A stretch of DNA of 64,000 nucleotides from Octopus vulgaris (GCA_951406725.2 OX597825.1:5084001-5148000); one strand, 5' to 3'; numbered from the stretch's first letter, positions 1 through 15,592 are shown. A program made the numbers and translations. The notes: generated by a model not told the origin, from the letters alone.

Positions 1-44
1 AGATATATATATACATATACATATATACATACATACATACAAAC

Positions 45-607
45 ATAGGTTTAAGGACGGCATAAGGACTACTATGAAGTCACTTGGAATGGTTCCAGAA
101 GATATAGAAACCCTTGCTTCAGATTGAAGGATGGCAAACAAAAGTGTGGAGTGGAGTGAAAGCATTTGAAGACACTATTAAAATGTAAGTAAGACTCAAA
201 AAAGATCTAAAGAAGAATGTAACGATCGGGTAGGTGAATGACAATGACATTTTTGTGCGCACAGTCTGAGACAGACAACGCCTGTTGTTCTGCTGGCCTC
301 AGATCTCATCTGCGAGCACATGGAAAACGAACCTCCACCAACTATTCTGCCTATAGGTTTGTGCACACTTTTGAATGCAGTGTATGCCAGAAGGTTTGCA
401 AATCCAATGGAGGCCTCAAAAGACATTTTAAGATCCACAAAGAGCAGAACTTAACTGCAGCTCTTGGTGGTCCAAATTGGAGCTGCCATCTATGTGGGTG
501 TCTTTTCAGAACATTGGCTTAAAAAGCCACATCAGATGCCTTGATGGTGCTAAGGTGTAGGTACAGGAGGTGGTCAAACTCTGTATAAGGTGTAGACAAC
601 CACCATA
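45..607 (+). mobile_element. 3' end of a decayed RTE-like LINE carrying 2-3 C2H2 zinc fingers
   Basis: Disrupted frames read KHRFKDGIRTTMKSLG...WSGVKAFE (RTE C-terminal style), then SAGLRSHLRAH, FECSVCQKVCKSNGGLKRHFKIH and WSCHLCGCLFRTLA/LKSHIR. The element ends at a (TA)/(TG) microsatellite. Confidence 0.7.
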
Positions 608-1428
608 TAATATATATATATGTGTGTGTGTGTCTGTGTGTGTGTGTGAGTGTGTGTGTGTGTGTGTGTCTGTGAGAGTGTGTATGTGTGTCTGTGTGTG
701 TGTGTCTGCATGTATGTCTGCATGTATGTATATATTCACAAATGAGTAGGGATTAGAAATCTTATAGTTTGAAAGATGAGTGAATTTGGCGGGAAATCAA
801 GAGTACATCTGTTGGATAATGGCCGAAATCTTTTTGTAGCAAGTCCGCCAATCAGCTCTGTTCAGTGCCACATACATATATCCATAATCCTCTTGCACAC
901 CTAAGCAAATGCTTACACACATACGCAACTACACTCACACACACACACAGTCACATACATAGAAATATTTACATTTATAAATTTATAAACGCACCAAAGC
1001 ACACTAACTCACGTACACTCTACACACACTGATCAAGCTACGACATACAGCAACAGTTTTGCTTCTAATTCTCGCAAACACTTTCCGATCACATTCTGAA
1101 CGTAACATCTCTCGTGCAAAGAGTTACCGAGTGTGAAAATATCTAAACTCATTACAGTCTGACACGACTAGTGTTTACCTTTTATCTTTCGTTTATCTCA
1201 CTCATTGAAGTGTAGTCATGCTGGGGCACCATCTTGAGAGCCTTTGTCGAAAAAAATCGACCGTCGTTTAATTTTGCTGAATAGTCAAGTTGTAAGGACG
1301 GGAAATAAAGATAAAAAGCAGGAAAGGTTGTCAAAGCTATATACAAGCTCGCGTGCGTTTGTGTCTGTGTGCATATATTTATACACACGCAAATATACAT
1401 ACATACATACATACATACATACATACAT

Positions 1429-1486
<58 letters not shown>

Positions 1487-1986
1487 GTATATATATATAC
1501 GTTTATATATTTGTTGTGCAAGATTTTTTATGTGATGTGTGTTGAACAAAATAAGAATAAACAAAAACAACAACAAAAACAAATTACATGAACGTATATA
1601 AACAGAAGATACAAATATTACAGGCATCCCCCCCCCACACACACACACAAAATAAACAGACGCACATAGAGATATAAGCATGCGCAAATGAAGACATACA
1701 ATAGAAATACAAAATGGCTGACGGTTAGTAAAGAGAGACACAAATAAGAAAGAAGAAAACAAAGGACCACTGATGCGGTCACAGGAGTGTGACGAAAGAT
1801 CTCTGGCCGAAATAAGATTAAGATTAATGTAAAAAATAAATAACACTGAAGCAAAATAACACCAAATATATAGTGCGTGTGTTTTTTATCGGCTAAACTG
1901 GCAAAATGACCATTCCGAGACCTCGTGTGTACCGTTGGCTATTTTTATCCTCTGTCTTCCCTTCTCTGGATCTTTCCTTCTCCTAT

Positions 1987-2021
1987 GTTTCCGACGAAGA
2001 GCTCCGCCCGACACGTTAAAC
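1987..2021 (+). ncRNA. Degenerate minimal type-I hammerhead-like motif in a short element ending at (TA)n (element ~1890-2122)
   Basis: gttt-CcGACGA-a-gagc tcc gccc-GAcA-cg-tt-aaac. Stem I gttt/aaac is intact; there are two core substitutions. Same layout as 18146 and 21946. Confidence 0.45.
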
Positions 2022-2117
2022 CCTCCTTCTTTCCTTCTTTCCTCAGCGTCCAATAATACTACATTTGTTCCACACCCTCGCGTTGTTGTGTTTTTTTGTG
2101 CTTTCTTGTTTGGATTA

Positions 2118-2171
<54 letters not shown>

Positions 2172-2304
2172 ATAATATAAATATATGCATATATACATAC
2201 ATATGTGTGTATATATACATGCATATATGGGTACAGGACATAAAAAAACAGTTGTGAAACGTCTTAGAATTTCTAATGGTGATTGCATATCTATAACGTA
2301 GCCG

Positions 2305-2430
2305 TCACTGCAGTTCAAATGCCAGATTATCTTTTCGGATTAACTTAGTCTTGCTGCTGATTGTACAAGAGGCACAACTGCATTCTGCACTAGAGTTCTG
2401 CTCACATGTTTTCATCGCCGCTTCCAATAC
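2305..2430 (-). CDS. Candidate terminal coding exon of a minus-strand host gene (VLEAAMKTCEQNSSAECSCASCTISSKTKLIRKDNLAFELQ*)
   Basis: Long pyrimidine-rich tract then ttaatcag| acceptor. Only the phase-0 frame stays open to TGA at 2305-2307. Non-repetitive and protein-like. Confidence 0.55.
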   Translation of the reverse strand, partial: VLEAAMKTCEQNSSAECSCASCTISSKTKLIRKDNLAFELQ

Positions 2431-2659
2431 CTGATTAAAGATTCCGAAATACATGAAACAAAAAACAAAAGAAGGAAGGATCAGCCGGTTGATTAGCAAG
2501 GCTTTACTCCCAGATTAAGGACGATGTAGGTGTGGATGAAGGTATACGAAGGCGCTTGGCAATCACGAAGTCCCGGGTTCCATCCCGTGATGTAGAATCT
2601 GAGGCATAGCGTCATATTAATCCAAACCTCTACGGAAGTCCGATGGATGTTTCACCCGT

Positions 2660-2841
2660 AATTTCTAGGTGCAGTCTTTTCGCATTATGTCATATTGATT
2701 TCAAATTCCTCCGAGGTCGGCTTTGCCTTTCATCCTTTCGGGGTCGATAAATTAAGTACCAGTGAAACACTGGGGTCGATGTAATCAACTAGTTCCCGCC
2801 CCATAAATTTCATGCCTTGTGCCTTTAGCAGAAAGGATTAT
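2660..2841 (+). mobile_element. SINE family A copy (tRNA-derived, with central ccgaggtcgactttgcctttcatcc domain)
   Basis: Matches copies at 16040, 22473, 27725 and 49885. Confidence 0.8.
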
Positions 2842-3014
2842 TTTCTATCGATTTCACTTCCATGAGAATGACGTTAAAAGTACACCTGACAGCGGAATGC
2901 TGAGACAATTATATGCTAAAGAAAAGAGTGTTTGGCACTCACATATGTGGGTGTACGAATGCATACATATCTATATAATATATGCATATATGTATACATA
3001 TATATGCATATATA

Positions 3015-3083
<69 letters not shown>

Positions 3084-3845
3084 GAATACTTTTTGTATAT
3101 AAAATTATATAAACACACATACTTGCACACATTTACATACATACATACATACATACATATAATATGCACACGCACAGACACACACACACTCACACACTCA
3201 CACACATACATATATAAATATATTATCAACCATATAGGCCACGATGGTATTTGAACACGGAGCGTAAAGAACTACGACAAATGCAAACACACATACACAC
3301 ACACACCACACACACACACACCACACACACACACACAACACACACACACATAATACACACACACAAAAAAAAACCCCCACATCCACACGCATTTAAATCA
3401 CATAAGTGTAATATAATGAGTATATATCGCCACTGTGTGTATTTTCTTTAACCATGAACATAGTAATGATACGATATTAATGGCCAATAAGGATCGAACG
3501 GGGCTCTTTATTTAGTGGGGAGGGTGGGTGTGTTTCTATGTCGACGGAGGTATGCCATCATGAACGTAATTAGGGTATAATATTCTAAGCATGTTTCGCT
3601 AAACAAACGAAGATGGAAAAGTATGCAAACCAATTTAATGGTAAACTCATAGTTCTCTCTAAAAGTACATTTGGTTCGTATATATATATATGTATGTTTG
3701 TATACACTTATATATATAGATATATATATATATTGTATGCGTATATAAATATACATATATATATATGTGAGTGTGTGTGTATGTGCATTTATATATTTGT
3801 ATATACACATATATTCATATATATATTTACATATATATATATATC

Positions 3846-3879
<34 letters not shown>

Positions 3880-3930
3880 CATATCTGTATATAGATATAT
3901 AAACATATATACTCATGTATATATACATGA

Positions 3931-3975
<45 letters not shown>

Positions 3976-4033
3976 TTATATAGAAGGAGATTCTACTTAT
4001 TTACTGTGGTTAACCCCGAATCAACCCGGGACC

Positions 4034-4095
<62 letters not shown>

Positions 4096-4126
4096 TAAAG
4101 ACATATATATTTAATAAAGAAATCTA

Positions 4127-4233
<107 letters not shown>

Positions 4234-4242
4234 ATATATGCT

Positions 4243-4287
<45 letters not shown>

Positions 4288-5107
4288 GTATGTATTTATA
4301 TATCAATATGCATTATTCGGTTTGCAGTTCTGGTGATAAGAAAATAACTGTGGGTGTTCTGAATTTATTGAAATCAAAGAATAGAATTGATGTGTAAGTA
4401 TTATGACCTATATTACACGTACAATTGATGGGTTGCTTAAATGGAAGGTTGTCGTATTGTGATTAGTTTGTACTTAAGATTGATGATATTGTTCGAAGCA
4501 TATATTATAGATAAAGAGATAAGGAGGCTGATGGGATGCGGGAAGTGTGTGGAGACAGAACGAGGTACTTTAAGACTCGTTACGGTAGAATTTCTGGGTT
4601 TTTTTTTTATTTGAAAGGAGCGTATATATATTATTGTCAGTAGTTTATTTAGGCATATATGTGTGAGTTTGTATCTTTGTGTTTATATGTGTGTGTGGTT
4701 CCCTGTTTTTATTTTGTTTTGTTTTGTTTTTTTGTTTTTTGGGGGCGGTTTTTCAAATTTCTACGTCTTCGAAATAAGTGGTATGACGCGCATAAATACT
4801 GCGAATAAGGAATACAGCTTCAGATGGAGCAAGAACGGTTTGGTAATTATAGAACTCCGCAGAGCATCATAAGTGAGCGAAGGGACGTGCCTATAAGAGT
4901 AGGGGAAATGTAGACGTAAATAAAACTAACATCAAGGAAGCGTGTTTACAAAAAGAATGAGATGGATAGAGGTGTTACCGTCCATCTACTATCAAGATAT
5001 TTGTGTATTTCACTGATGTAGGCATGAGGCATTCGAATACGTCAAACAGAAGCGCCTTACCTACGTATAGAAATAGGAACAACATAGACAGCAACTGGAT
5101 AAGAGTG

Positions 5108-5167
<60 letters not shown>

Positions 5168-5583
5168 ACATATCTTTGCCCATTTTTGGCTGGGATTTGG
5201 TCCAATGATACACCTAGTAGTAATGGCGGCTGCTGGCTTGTTGCTAATTCACGTTGAATTTACCACTTCTAATCATAGACGCGGCAATTAATGTTTGTTT
5301 GGGTGCCATTTTTTTCTCTTTGGTCTGACATTTTTTTTTATCTGTATACAAGGTCAGACCAGTCAGTGCACCGTCTATTCACTAGCTACGCATATAGTTG
5401 TTTGTTTACTTATAGAAATATACATATATATGCATCTACTTAGGTAATCTTCAAAGACGTCTTCACTTTCTTAGGAATAAAATCATGCGTAGTTATTTTT
5501 TTTTCTCCACGGTATTCATTCAGAGTTACAGCGTCACTGGTTGATGTATTTCGCTAGGAAATCAAGTATTTATAAACGGGTGG

Positions 5584-5611
<28 letters not shown>

Positions 5612-5614
<3 letters not shown>

Positions 5615-5795
5615 TTAGTCATGGTACTATGGCCATGCTGGAGCACCACCTTCAGTCGAACAAATCGACTCCAGGACTTATTCTTTGTAAGCCTAGTACT
5701 TATACTGTTGATCTCTTTTGCCGAACCGCTAAGTTACGGAGATGTAAACAAACCAACATCGGTTGCCAAACGCGAGTGGGGGGACAAACACAGAA

Positions 5796-5859
<64 letters not shown>

Positions 5860-5905
5860 TACGACGGTCTTCTTTCAGTTTCCGTCTACCAAATCCACTC
5901 AGAAG
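5612..5905 (-). mobile_element. SINE family B partial copy
   Basis: ggccatgctggagcacc...gccgaaccgctaagttacgg...tttcagtttccgtctaccaaatcc is shared with 9925 and 20585. Confidence 0.8.
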
Positions 5906-5999
5906 TCCTTAAAAGCTTCTTTAATGTTTAAGTGAAATAAATGAAGAGACATAGCTTCCTTATAAGAAAGCAAAGAGAATATTCGATTCCGCAGCGCAC

Positions 6000-6073
<74 letters not shown>

Positions 6074-6127
6074 ATACACACACGAATATGTACAACACTT
6101 TATTGACGCTGAAAAATCCCTTCCCTA

Positions 6128-6169
6128 AACTGTTACCCAGGGTTTCACGTATCGGTTCATCAGACAGTT
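6128..6169 (-). ncRNA. Minimal type-I hammerhead ribozyme candidate (C3:G8 core)
   Basis: Minus strand: aactgt-CTGATGA-accgatacgt-GAAA-ccctggg-TA-acagtt. Perfect 6-bp stem I, near-palindromic stem III (ACCC-T-GGGT), GUA cleavage triplet, weak stem II. Confidence 0.65.
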
Positions 6170-7139
6170 AAGTATCACAACTGACTGATGAACATTTATG
6201 TCATACTCTAAGAAACCGTTTCTGTAGATTTTTCTACACAATCAAATAGTATTTGACTCTATCTTTTGTATTTGAGTACTATTTTCTCCATCTTGCTTTG
6301 CATTCAAACAAAAGCAATTATTGCTCACAAGTCGGTTGTTTTATATTCCGATACCCTAAATCACACCCAGAAAATGAGTCAACCGACTGATTCGCATAAA
6401 ATTATTTACAAACACACTTCAGCCCCTGGCCCACAGATATGCTGTCTCATTTTCTTTCATTTTTTTTATCTGTACTATAATAGCTTCTGGCGTCGCTACG
6501 TGTTTAAGGTGTTGCACTCTTGATCGTCGTTTCGATTCCTGGACCAGGCAATAGATTTCACGTTGCTCCAGCCTGCTCAAGCGGCAAAAATGAGTAATCT
6601 TGCGATGGACCGAAGTCCTGCCCAGGTCGAAATATATAAGCTACACTATCAAGAAAAGCGGCCTTATGAACCTATGTCACGTCAATGATCTCTGATCCTT
6701 TCTTCCATTTTTCTTTTCTTTCTTTTCATGGCCTTTGTTCGTCGTTGCTGATCTTACATGTATCACTTCCATGCAGAGACTCCTGGCCCCACTCGTATCT
6801 CCACCTCTTATCACTATTCAAGGATTCAAACAACACCGGACCTGCTCTAATTGCTGCGCTCAGCCCTCCTACCGCTCTCTTTCCTTTCCTTCTTCCTTCC
6901 TCCCAACATTTCGTAATCCCTTATTTCCCCGAAACGTCAACCCTCTGGAATTCTCTATTTATTCATTAGTGCAATCCCAACCAGGAGTACTGTCCTTTCC
7001 TACAAACCCAGCAATTTAAAAAATGATACCCCAACACCCGCAGTAAAACAGTGTACATCGATGTATCTCGACTCCAGGCGTCTCATCGATTAACATATTT
7101 CGAACGAAAGGACATTAAAAGAATATATTTCCATAAAGG

Positions 7140-7885
<746 letters not shown>

Positions 7886-8260
7886 AACGTTTAAGAAAGC
7901 AGAGATACAGTGACTTCAAAGGCCTTTAATAAATAATTATAAAGTCACGGTCGGTGGAACTAAAGGAGACACACTTAATGCTGTATTTTCAATGGAACGG
8001 TTATGTTTTTACTGACAGTGGTAAAAGTAAAACAGTAAAAATGTAATTCCAGAATATGTCTTCACAAAATTTGATTTCTTTCTTCCGAGGATGACGTTGA
8101 AGATATTAAAGAAACAGTTTAAGCAACATATGGCGTAGGGCTCCTCCCTGAGTCAGTTTTGCCTTCATGTCTATTGGTACCTTCGACTGGTAACGAGACC
8201 CCAAATACTCTGACTTTGGGGCGCCTTAACTACCCAGGAGGGCTGCAAAGCAGACTGCAA

Positions 8261-8324
8261 CAGAATGTGACTGCAGAATGTGACTAGAATGTGACAGCAG
8301 AATGTGACTAGAATGTGACAGCAG
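8261..8324. repeat. Minisatellite of alternating 13/11-bp units (cagaatgtgacNN)
   Basis: Five copies of agaatgtgac. Confidence 0.85.
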
Positions 8325-8738
8325 GAGTATCCAGGGGTCAAGACCTGGATGTGGCCCAGCTCCCTGGGTTGTAAAGAGAAAAGGGCCAAAACAATTGCAT
8401 GAGGTGGCTTCTTCTTTGAAGACGTGCAGTTGTTCAGATCTTCTTAGAATCTATTATTAATCCTATATTGTTTGTTTACATTTAGAAAACGTTATGTAAG
8501 CAAAACATTTTGGCTATTCATACAATAACTTTCTTGAATGTCATCAGTTGGAAGGGCTGGTGCTTTTCCCAGACAGAATCTCTAATCAGTCCTACCCACC
8601 CCGGTAAAGAATGCGTGGCCTTCTGCCAATATGGAAAGGCAATATTTATAATCTTATTTTAGGTTTAAAATCTGGCTTCTTATCGCCACCACTTCATAAC
8701 TTTACCGCAGTTGCTATTAATTTCCTATAATGACAACG

Positions 8739-8771
<33 letters not shown>

Positions 8772-8989
8772 GCTACCACTACTTCCAATGCTGCTGCTGC
8801 TGCTGATGATGATGATGATACTGCTGCTGGTGCCATCAGTGGTGACGGTGGGAAAATGTTACTGGAAGGCATTACCACTTAAAAGATATGTAGTAGGGTC
8901 AATGATTATTATTATTATTATTGTTTCTTATATCGTACCGATGGCCCCAATACACACATGACAGACTACTGCGACTGCCACTGCTACTA

Positions 8990-9660
<671 letters not shown>

Positions 9661-9698
9661 GTGATGGTGATGAGGGTGATGATACATGGTTTCACTAC

Positions 9699-9736
9699 CT
9701 TAATAACGAGTTCCGATTGGAAGTCATTCAGATATT
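9699..9736 (-). CDS. Candidate 38-nt internal exon ((E)YLNDFQSELVIK)
   Basis: cctcgcag| acceptor and AAG|gtagtg donor. Phase 1 to 0, joining in frame to the 2430 exon (ELVIK-VLEAAMK). Confidence 0.5.
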
Positions 9737-9924
9737 CTGCGAGGATGCTTGTATGTGGTGGGTGTGGCGACGAAGAGAGCATTATGTTGTCACCGATTAG
9801 AATTTAAAAAAAGCCTTCGTTATTGCAACCGTTTACTTGAGAGCATTTGTGGGGTTGAGGACAGATAAGAGCAGAGGGCACGGAAAAGGGCAGAGTGGAG
9901 CTACAAGCGAACAGTGAAGAGATA

Positions 9925-10158
9925 TTCTTTTCTTCCTTTATTGTTTTATTTGTTTCAGGCATTTTGACTGCGGCCATGCTGGTGCACCGCCTTTAGTCGA
10001 GTAAGTCGACCACAGGACTTGTTTTTTGTAAGCCTAGTACTTATTCTATCGGACTCTTATTGTCGAACCGCTAAGTTACGGGGACGTAAACACACCAACA
10101 TCGGTTCTCAAGGGATGTTGGGGGACAAACACAAACACACAAACATATACATGCACAA

Positions 10159-10193
<35 letters not shown>

Positions 10194-10228
10194 TATACAC
10201 ACACACACGCACACACACACATATATAG
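9925..10228 (-). mobile_element. SINE family B tail half
   Basis: Matches 20585-20790. Confidence 0.8.
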
Positions 10229-10589
10229 ATTTTCTTATTTGTATTATGAATTTACGGTAAAATATTTTACCTTCGCCCATCCGATACAATAAATGAATTA
10301 ATTGCATTGCAATTATAAGCATTTATGTATTTAGCATTTGGGTGCTTTACCAACAGTATATTGGATAACTGATATCCCATAGTGGGTTACCTTCATAAAC
10401 CCTATCTTACTTTGTACTATATATATATATATACAAGACCCTGCAAGACAGAAAATTTCTAGCGGTGATTCTCCGAATTATACTCTTACAGACACGATTT
10501 TCACAATATACATGCTTCTTGGATGAATATATATTTACTTTAATGCTAATCCTTAACGGTAATGTGATCCACACAATTTTTATTTTTAT

Positions 10590-11080
10590 CGTGGTTAGGG
10601 CAGTAGACTCGCGGTCGTAGGATCGCGGTTTCGATTCCCAGATCGGGCATTGTGAGTGTTTATTGAGCAAAAACACCTAAAATGTCCATGGGGGAAGGGG
10701 GTGAATTCTGCTGTACTCTTTCACCACAAATTTCTCTTCCTCTTTCTGTTGTACCTGTATTTTAAAGGAGCCTGCCTTGTCACACTCCGTGTCACGTTGA
10801 ATTTTCCCGAGATCTACGTTAAGGGTACACCTGTGTGTGAAATGCTTGCACGTTAATAAATGAGCTGCACCGTCACAGGTGCCAAGCTCTATCGGCCCCT
10901 TTGCCTTTCCCTTGGATAACACTAGTGCCGTGAAGAGGGGGAGGCTGGTATGCATGGGCGACTGCTGGTCTTCCATAAACAACCTTGCCCAGACTTGTGC
11001 CTCGTGGGGTAACTTTCTAGCTGCAATTCCATGGTCATTCATGACCGAAAGGGGTCACAACAACAACAACAACAACACAA
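10590..11080 (+). mobile_element. Chimeric SINE: family C 5' part fused to family D 3' part, with a (CAA)n tail
   Basis: 10590-10855 matches 54880-55145. 10858-11037 matches 38347-38500. Flanking direct repeat aatgtgatccaca at 10561 and 11082. Confidence 0.75.
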
Positions 11081-12146
11081 CAATGTGATCCACAATATTT
11101 TCTTAGCAAGACGTAATTTTCCTTCGGTTCGCATTGAAACCTGAAAGTTACACCGTTGACTTATAAGCCATGAAACATAAATTATATTAAACGTGGTATG
11201 CCCGACTGAGATTACATTCGTTATATTTCATTCATTTATTTATATATTTATTTATTTATTTATTTATTTGTTTATTTATTTGTTTATTTATTTCTGAAAA
11301 GATTTTACATATGTAAAATTTGACTAGGGATTGATGTCTGTGAAATTTGGTTGCTGCCACGAATAGAACGATCAACGAGAACCTTGTATACCTGGAGTGT
11401 TCTGTTACTATTGCATCTATTGTTGCTGCTGCTGCTAATACTACTGCTGTTGCTGTTGCTGCTATTGTTTTTACTGATCTTTATCGTTGCTCTTAAACTC
11501 CAGGTCAGTGAATAGCCTAGAGGTGGATTGGTACTGATCAAGGCCGTAATCGATTTTTTAACTCTCCATGGTCAATAAATGTAATAACAAAGCATCCAGA
11601 TGGGAGAGATTCTGCTGACGTTCATAACTGGCTGTTTACTGTGATTTCATACACTTCCAGAACATTCCATACGAGTATTACCCTAACCCCGGTACTTCAA
11701 ACATGTACATACTTTTGTCGAACCCCGAAGGCTGGAGGGCAATATTGATCTCGATAGCATATGAACTTGGAACGAAAAGTCACCTTTCTTTCAATATCAT
11801 CATGACGATATCCTTCACACTCACACAATACAAATACACAAACACATATACTCACAGATGCTGCATATGTACCTCTTCCCCACCACACACATACACAAAC
11901 ACACACATATATACGAACATTTGTCGAGGTGGACATTTCCTATCTTCAAGAAACTTTAAGTAATATGGATCCGAATCAGACTATAAAATATACATAAAGC
12001 TCCAAATAAATGTGTTTAGCGGTACTTACCTTTCCGTGTTTCATTCATTTTTATACACATCTATATGTATGTCTTTGTATTTATGCATGTGTGTGTGCGC
12101 TTGCGTGTTGATAGCTAGCTAGCTAGCTAGATAGATAGATAGATAA

Positions 12147-12185
<39 letters not shown>

Positions 12186-12454
12186 CATACATACATACAT
12201 ACATACATACATACATACATACATACATACATTCATACATACATACATACATACATACATACATACATACATACATACATACAAACATGCATGCATGCAT
12301 GCATACATACATATATACATTGATTATATACAAATATACAACTGTAAACAAACACTATGATGTTGATGATGAAGATGATAAGTTGCAATAGTACTAATGG
12401 TGGTGATGGTGATGTTGCTATGGGAAAATGGATCGATTAAATATTTTACACATG

Positions 12455-12499
<45 letters not shown>

Positions 12500-12529
12500 T
12501 AAAGTTAAGGTATATAATAACACATGCGT

Positions 12530-13158
<629 letters not shown>

Positions 13159-13731
13159 ATTAATCAAAGGACATAATAAGTGTGTCTACCTGCTGGAAAT
13201 AACAGTCAAAACTCTTATTTAAAGTATATCTCTGTATTTGCTGAATATCGGTTTGGATCTTGGCAATATAAACCTGCTTTCTGAGTGTAGTTCTTTCTTA
13301 TGAATTCAACTATTAAATAAGTTGCTAAAGCATTACACCGTAAAGTGAAGTTCTTTGCATAGAGTTTTCCTGTGACTGGATTTTCCGATTTTCTGTCTGA
13401 AGTTTCAATGTGTTTAATTAAGCTTGTAAATATATATGAGTTTCTTCCTATTATTGCGTTCTTGTACATGCGTGTATAAGCGGTTTACAAATGTATATAT
13501 ATATATATATATGTATGTTGTTAAGATGGTGATGATGGGGAAAATAGGAAGGATTTTTGCGTCGGCGTGTTCGTGTGTTTAATCCGTTTTTCGCTTTTGT
13601 TACACACATACGAACACAAACACAGAAAGACCTGTACACAGGTATGCACGTATGTATGCATCTCCGTGCGTATGTACAGATACCTACACACAAGTATATA
13701 TATATGTGTGTGCATGTGTGTGTGTGAGTGC

Positions 13732-13799
<68 letters not shown>

Positions 13800-13802
<3 letters not shown>

Positions 13803-15558
13803 TGAATGTTTTTATATATAATGAACGAGAAATACAGGAAGGGACGAACACGGAACACAGACAAATCATTCGAAGCCTTCAATCTTCAGTCAGACACCGA
13901 ATCATCATAGCAAATTTCGGCTGTTCAATTCTGATATTTGCTCCAACTCGGCCAGCCCCAAGAAAAAAAACTAAGCTGTAGGCATTAGATTTCTTGGTAG
14001 AAGACAGGAATGTGAACGCACAAGACGGATGTGAATACAAGAGACGAAAACGAAATTGAAAACAGTAATGAAAAAACAAAACATATATAACGGTGGTTGT
14101 CATACGACTTTAGACCAAATGAGACAAAACAACAACAACATAGCAGCTGGCGTAGAAATAATTACCGTTTCGGTAGCGGGGACACATGTTGGTCGAGATA
14201 CGAAGGCCAACAGAATGGTTGAAGAAGCAGCAGGTCGCAGGAGAGAGAGAGAGAGAGAGGGAATCAAAGAGGGTGGAAGGCAGGGGACAGAATCAGTGAC
14301 CAAGAGAGGAGAAAGAAGGGATTAAGGAGGATGGGAGGAAGAGAGGGGAAGAATCGGAGGGCGCCAAAAAGTTTGGTGAAGAAGCAATGGCGGGTAGTAA
14401 AAGACAGTGTGTATAGAAGTCGTGCAGGGTTTAAAATTGGACAAACAAACGGGGGGGGGTGCACGTAACGCCGCAATAATATAAGAATGAATGTTTTTAT
14501 ATATAATGAACGAGAAATACAGGAAGGGACGAACACGGAACACAGACAAATCATTCGAAGCCTTCAATCTTCAGTCAGACACCGAATCATCATAGCAAAT
14601 TTCGGCTGTTCAATTCTGATATTTGCTCCAACTCGGCCAGCCCCAAGAAAAAAAACTAAGCTGTAAGCATTAGATTTCTTGGTAGAAGACAGGAATGTGA
14701 ACGCACAAGACGGATGTGAATACAAGAGACGAAAACGAAATTGAAAACAGTAATGAAAAAACAAAACATATATAACGGTGGTTGTCATACGACTTTAGAC
14801 CAAATGAGACAAAACAACAACAACATAGCAGCTGGCGTAGAAATAATTACCGTTTCGGTAGCGGGGACACATGTTGGTCGAGATACGAAGGCCAACAGAA
14901 TGGTTGAAGAAGCAGCAGGTCGCAGGAGAGAGAGACAGAGAGAGAGGGAATCAAAGAGGGTGGAAGGCAGGGGACAGAATCAGTGACCAAGAGAGGAGAA
15001 AGAAGGGATTAAGGAGGATGGGAGGAAGAGAGGGGAAGAATCGGAGGGCGCCAAAAAGTTTGGTGAAGAAGCAATGGCGGGTAGTAAAAGACAGTGTGTA
15101 TAGAAGTCGTGCAGGGTTTAAAATTGGACAAACAAACGGGGGGGGGGGGTGCACGTAACGCCGCAATAATATAAGAATGAATGTTTTTATATATAATGAA
15201 CGAGAAATACAGGAAGGGACGAACACGGAACACAGACAAATCATTCGAAGCCTTCAATCTTCAGTCAGACACCGAATCATCATAGCAAATTTCGGCTGTT
15301 CAATTCTGATATTTGCTCCAACTCGGCCAGCCCCAAGAAAAAAACTAAGCTGTAAGCATTAGATTTCTTGGTAGAAGACAGGAATGTGAACGCACAAGAC
15401 GGATGTGAATACAAGAGACGAAAACGAAATTGAAAACAGTAATGAAAAAACAAAACATATATAACGGTGGTTGTCATACGACTTTAGACCAAATGAGACA
15501 AAACAACAACAACATAGCAGCTGGCGTAGAAATAATTACCGTTTCGGTAGCGGGGACA
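13800..15558. repeat. Near-identical head-to-tail tandem of a ~685-690 bp unit (2.55 copies; A-B-A-B-A) between two (TA)n tracts
   Basis: Units start at 13800, 14485 and 15175 (gaatgaatgtttttatat...). The last copy stops at gcggggaca. Identical ORFs recur in the track. Confidence 0.95.
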
Positions 15559-15592
15559 TATATATATATGTGCGTGTGTGTGTGTATATATG

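Noticed and set aside
238-522. Host C2H2 zinc-finger gene
   Set aside because: Embedded in a frameshifted RTE 3' end, with no TGEKP linkers; treated as a retroelement relic.
8520-8552. Minus-strand CUGAUGA...GAAA
   Set aside because: No stem II and no valid stem III; likely chance.
13860-13960. Type-II hammerhead or HDV-like ribozyme in the 685-bp unit
   Set aside because: GAAA and CUGAAGA are present, but stem I does not form, 5 extra nt follow A9, and no HDV L3/P1.1 motif is seen.
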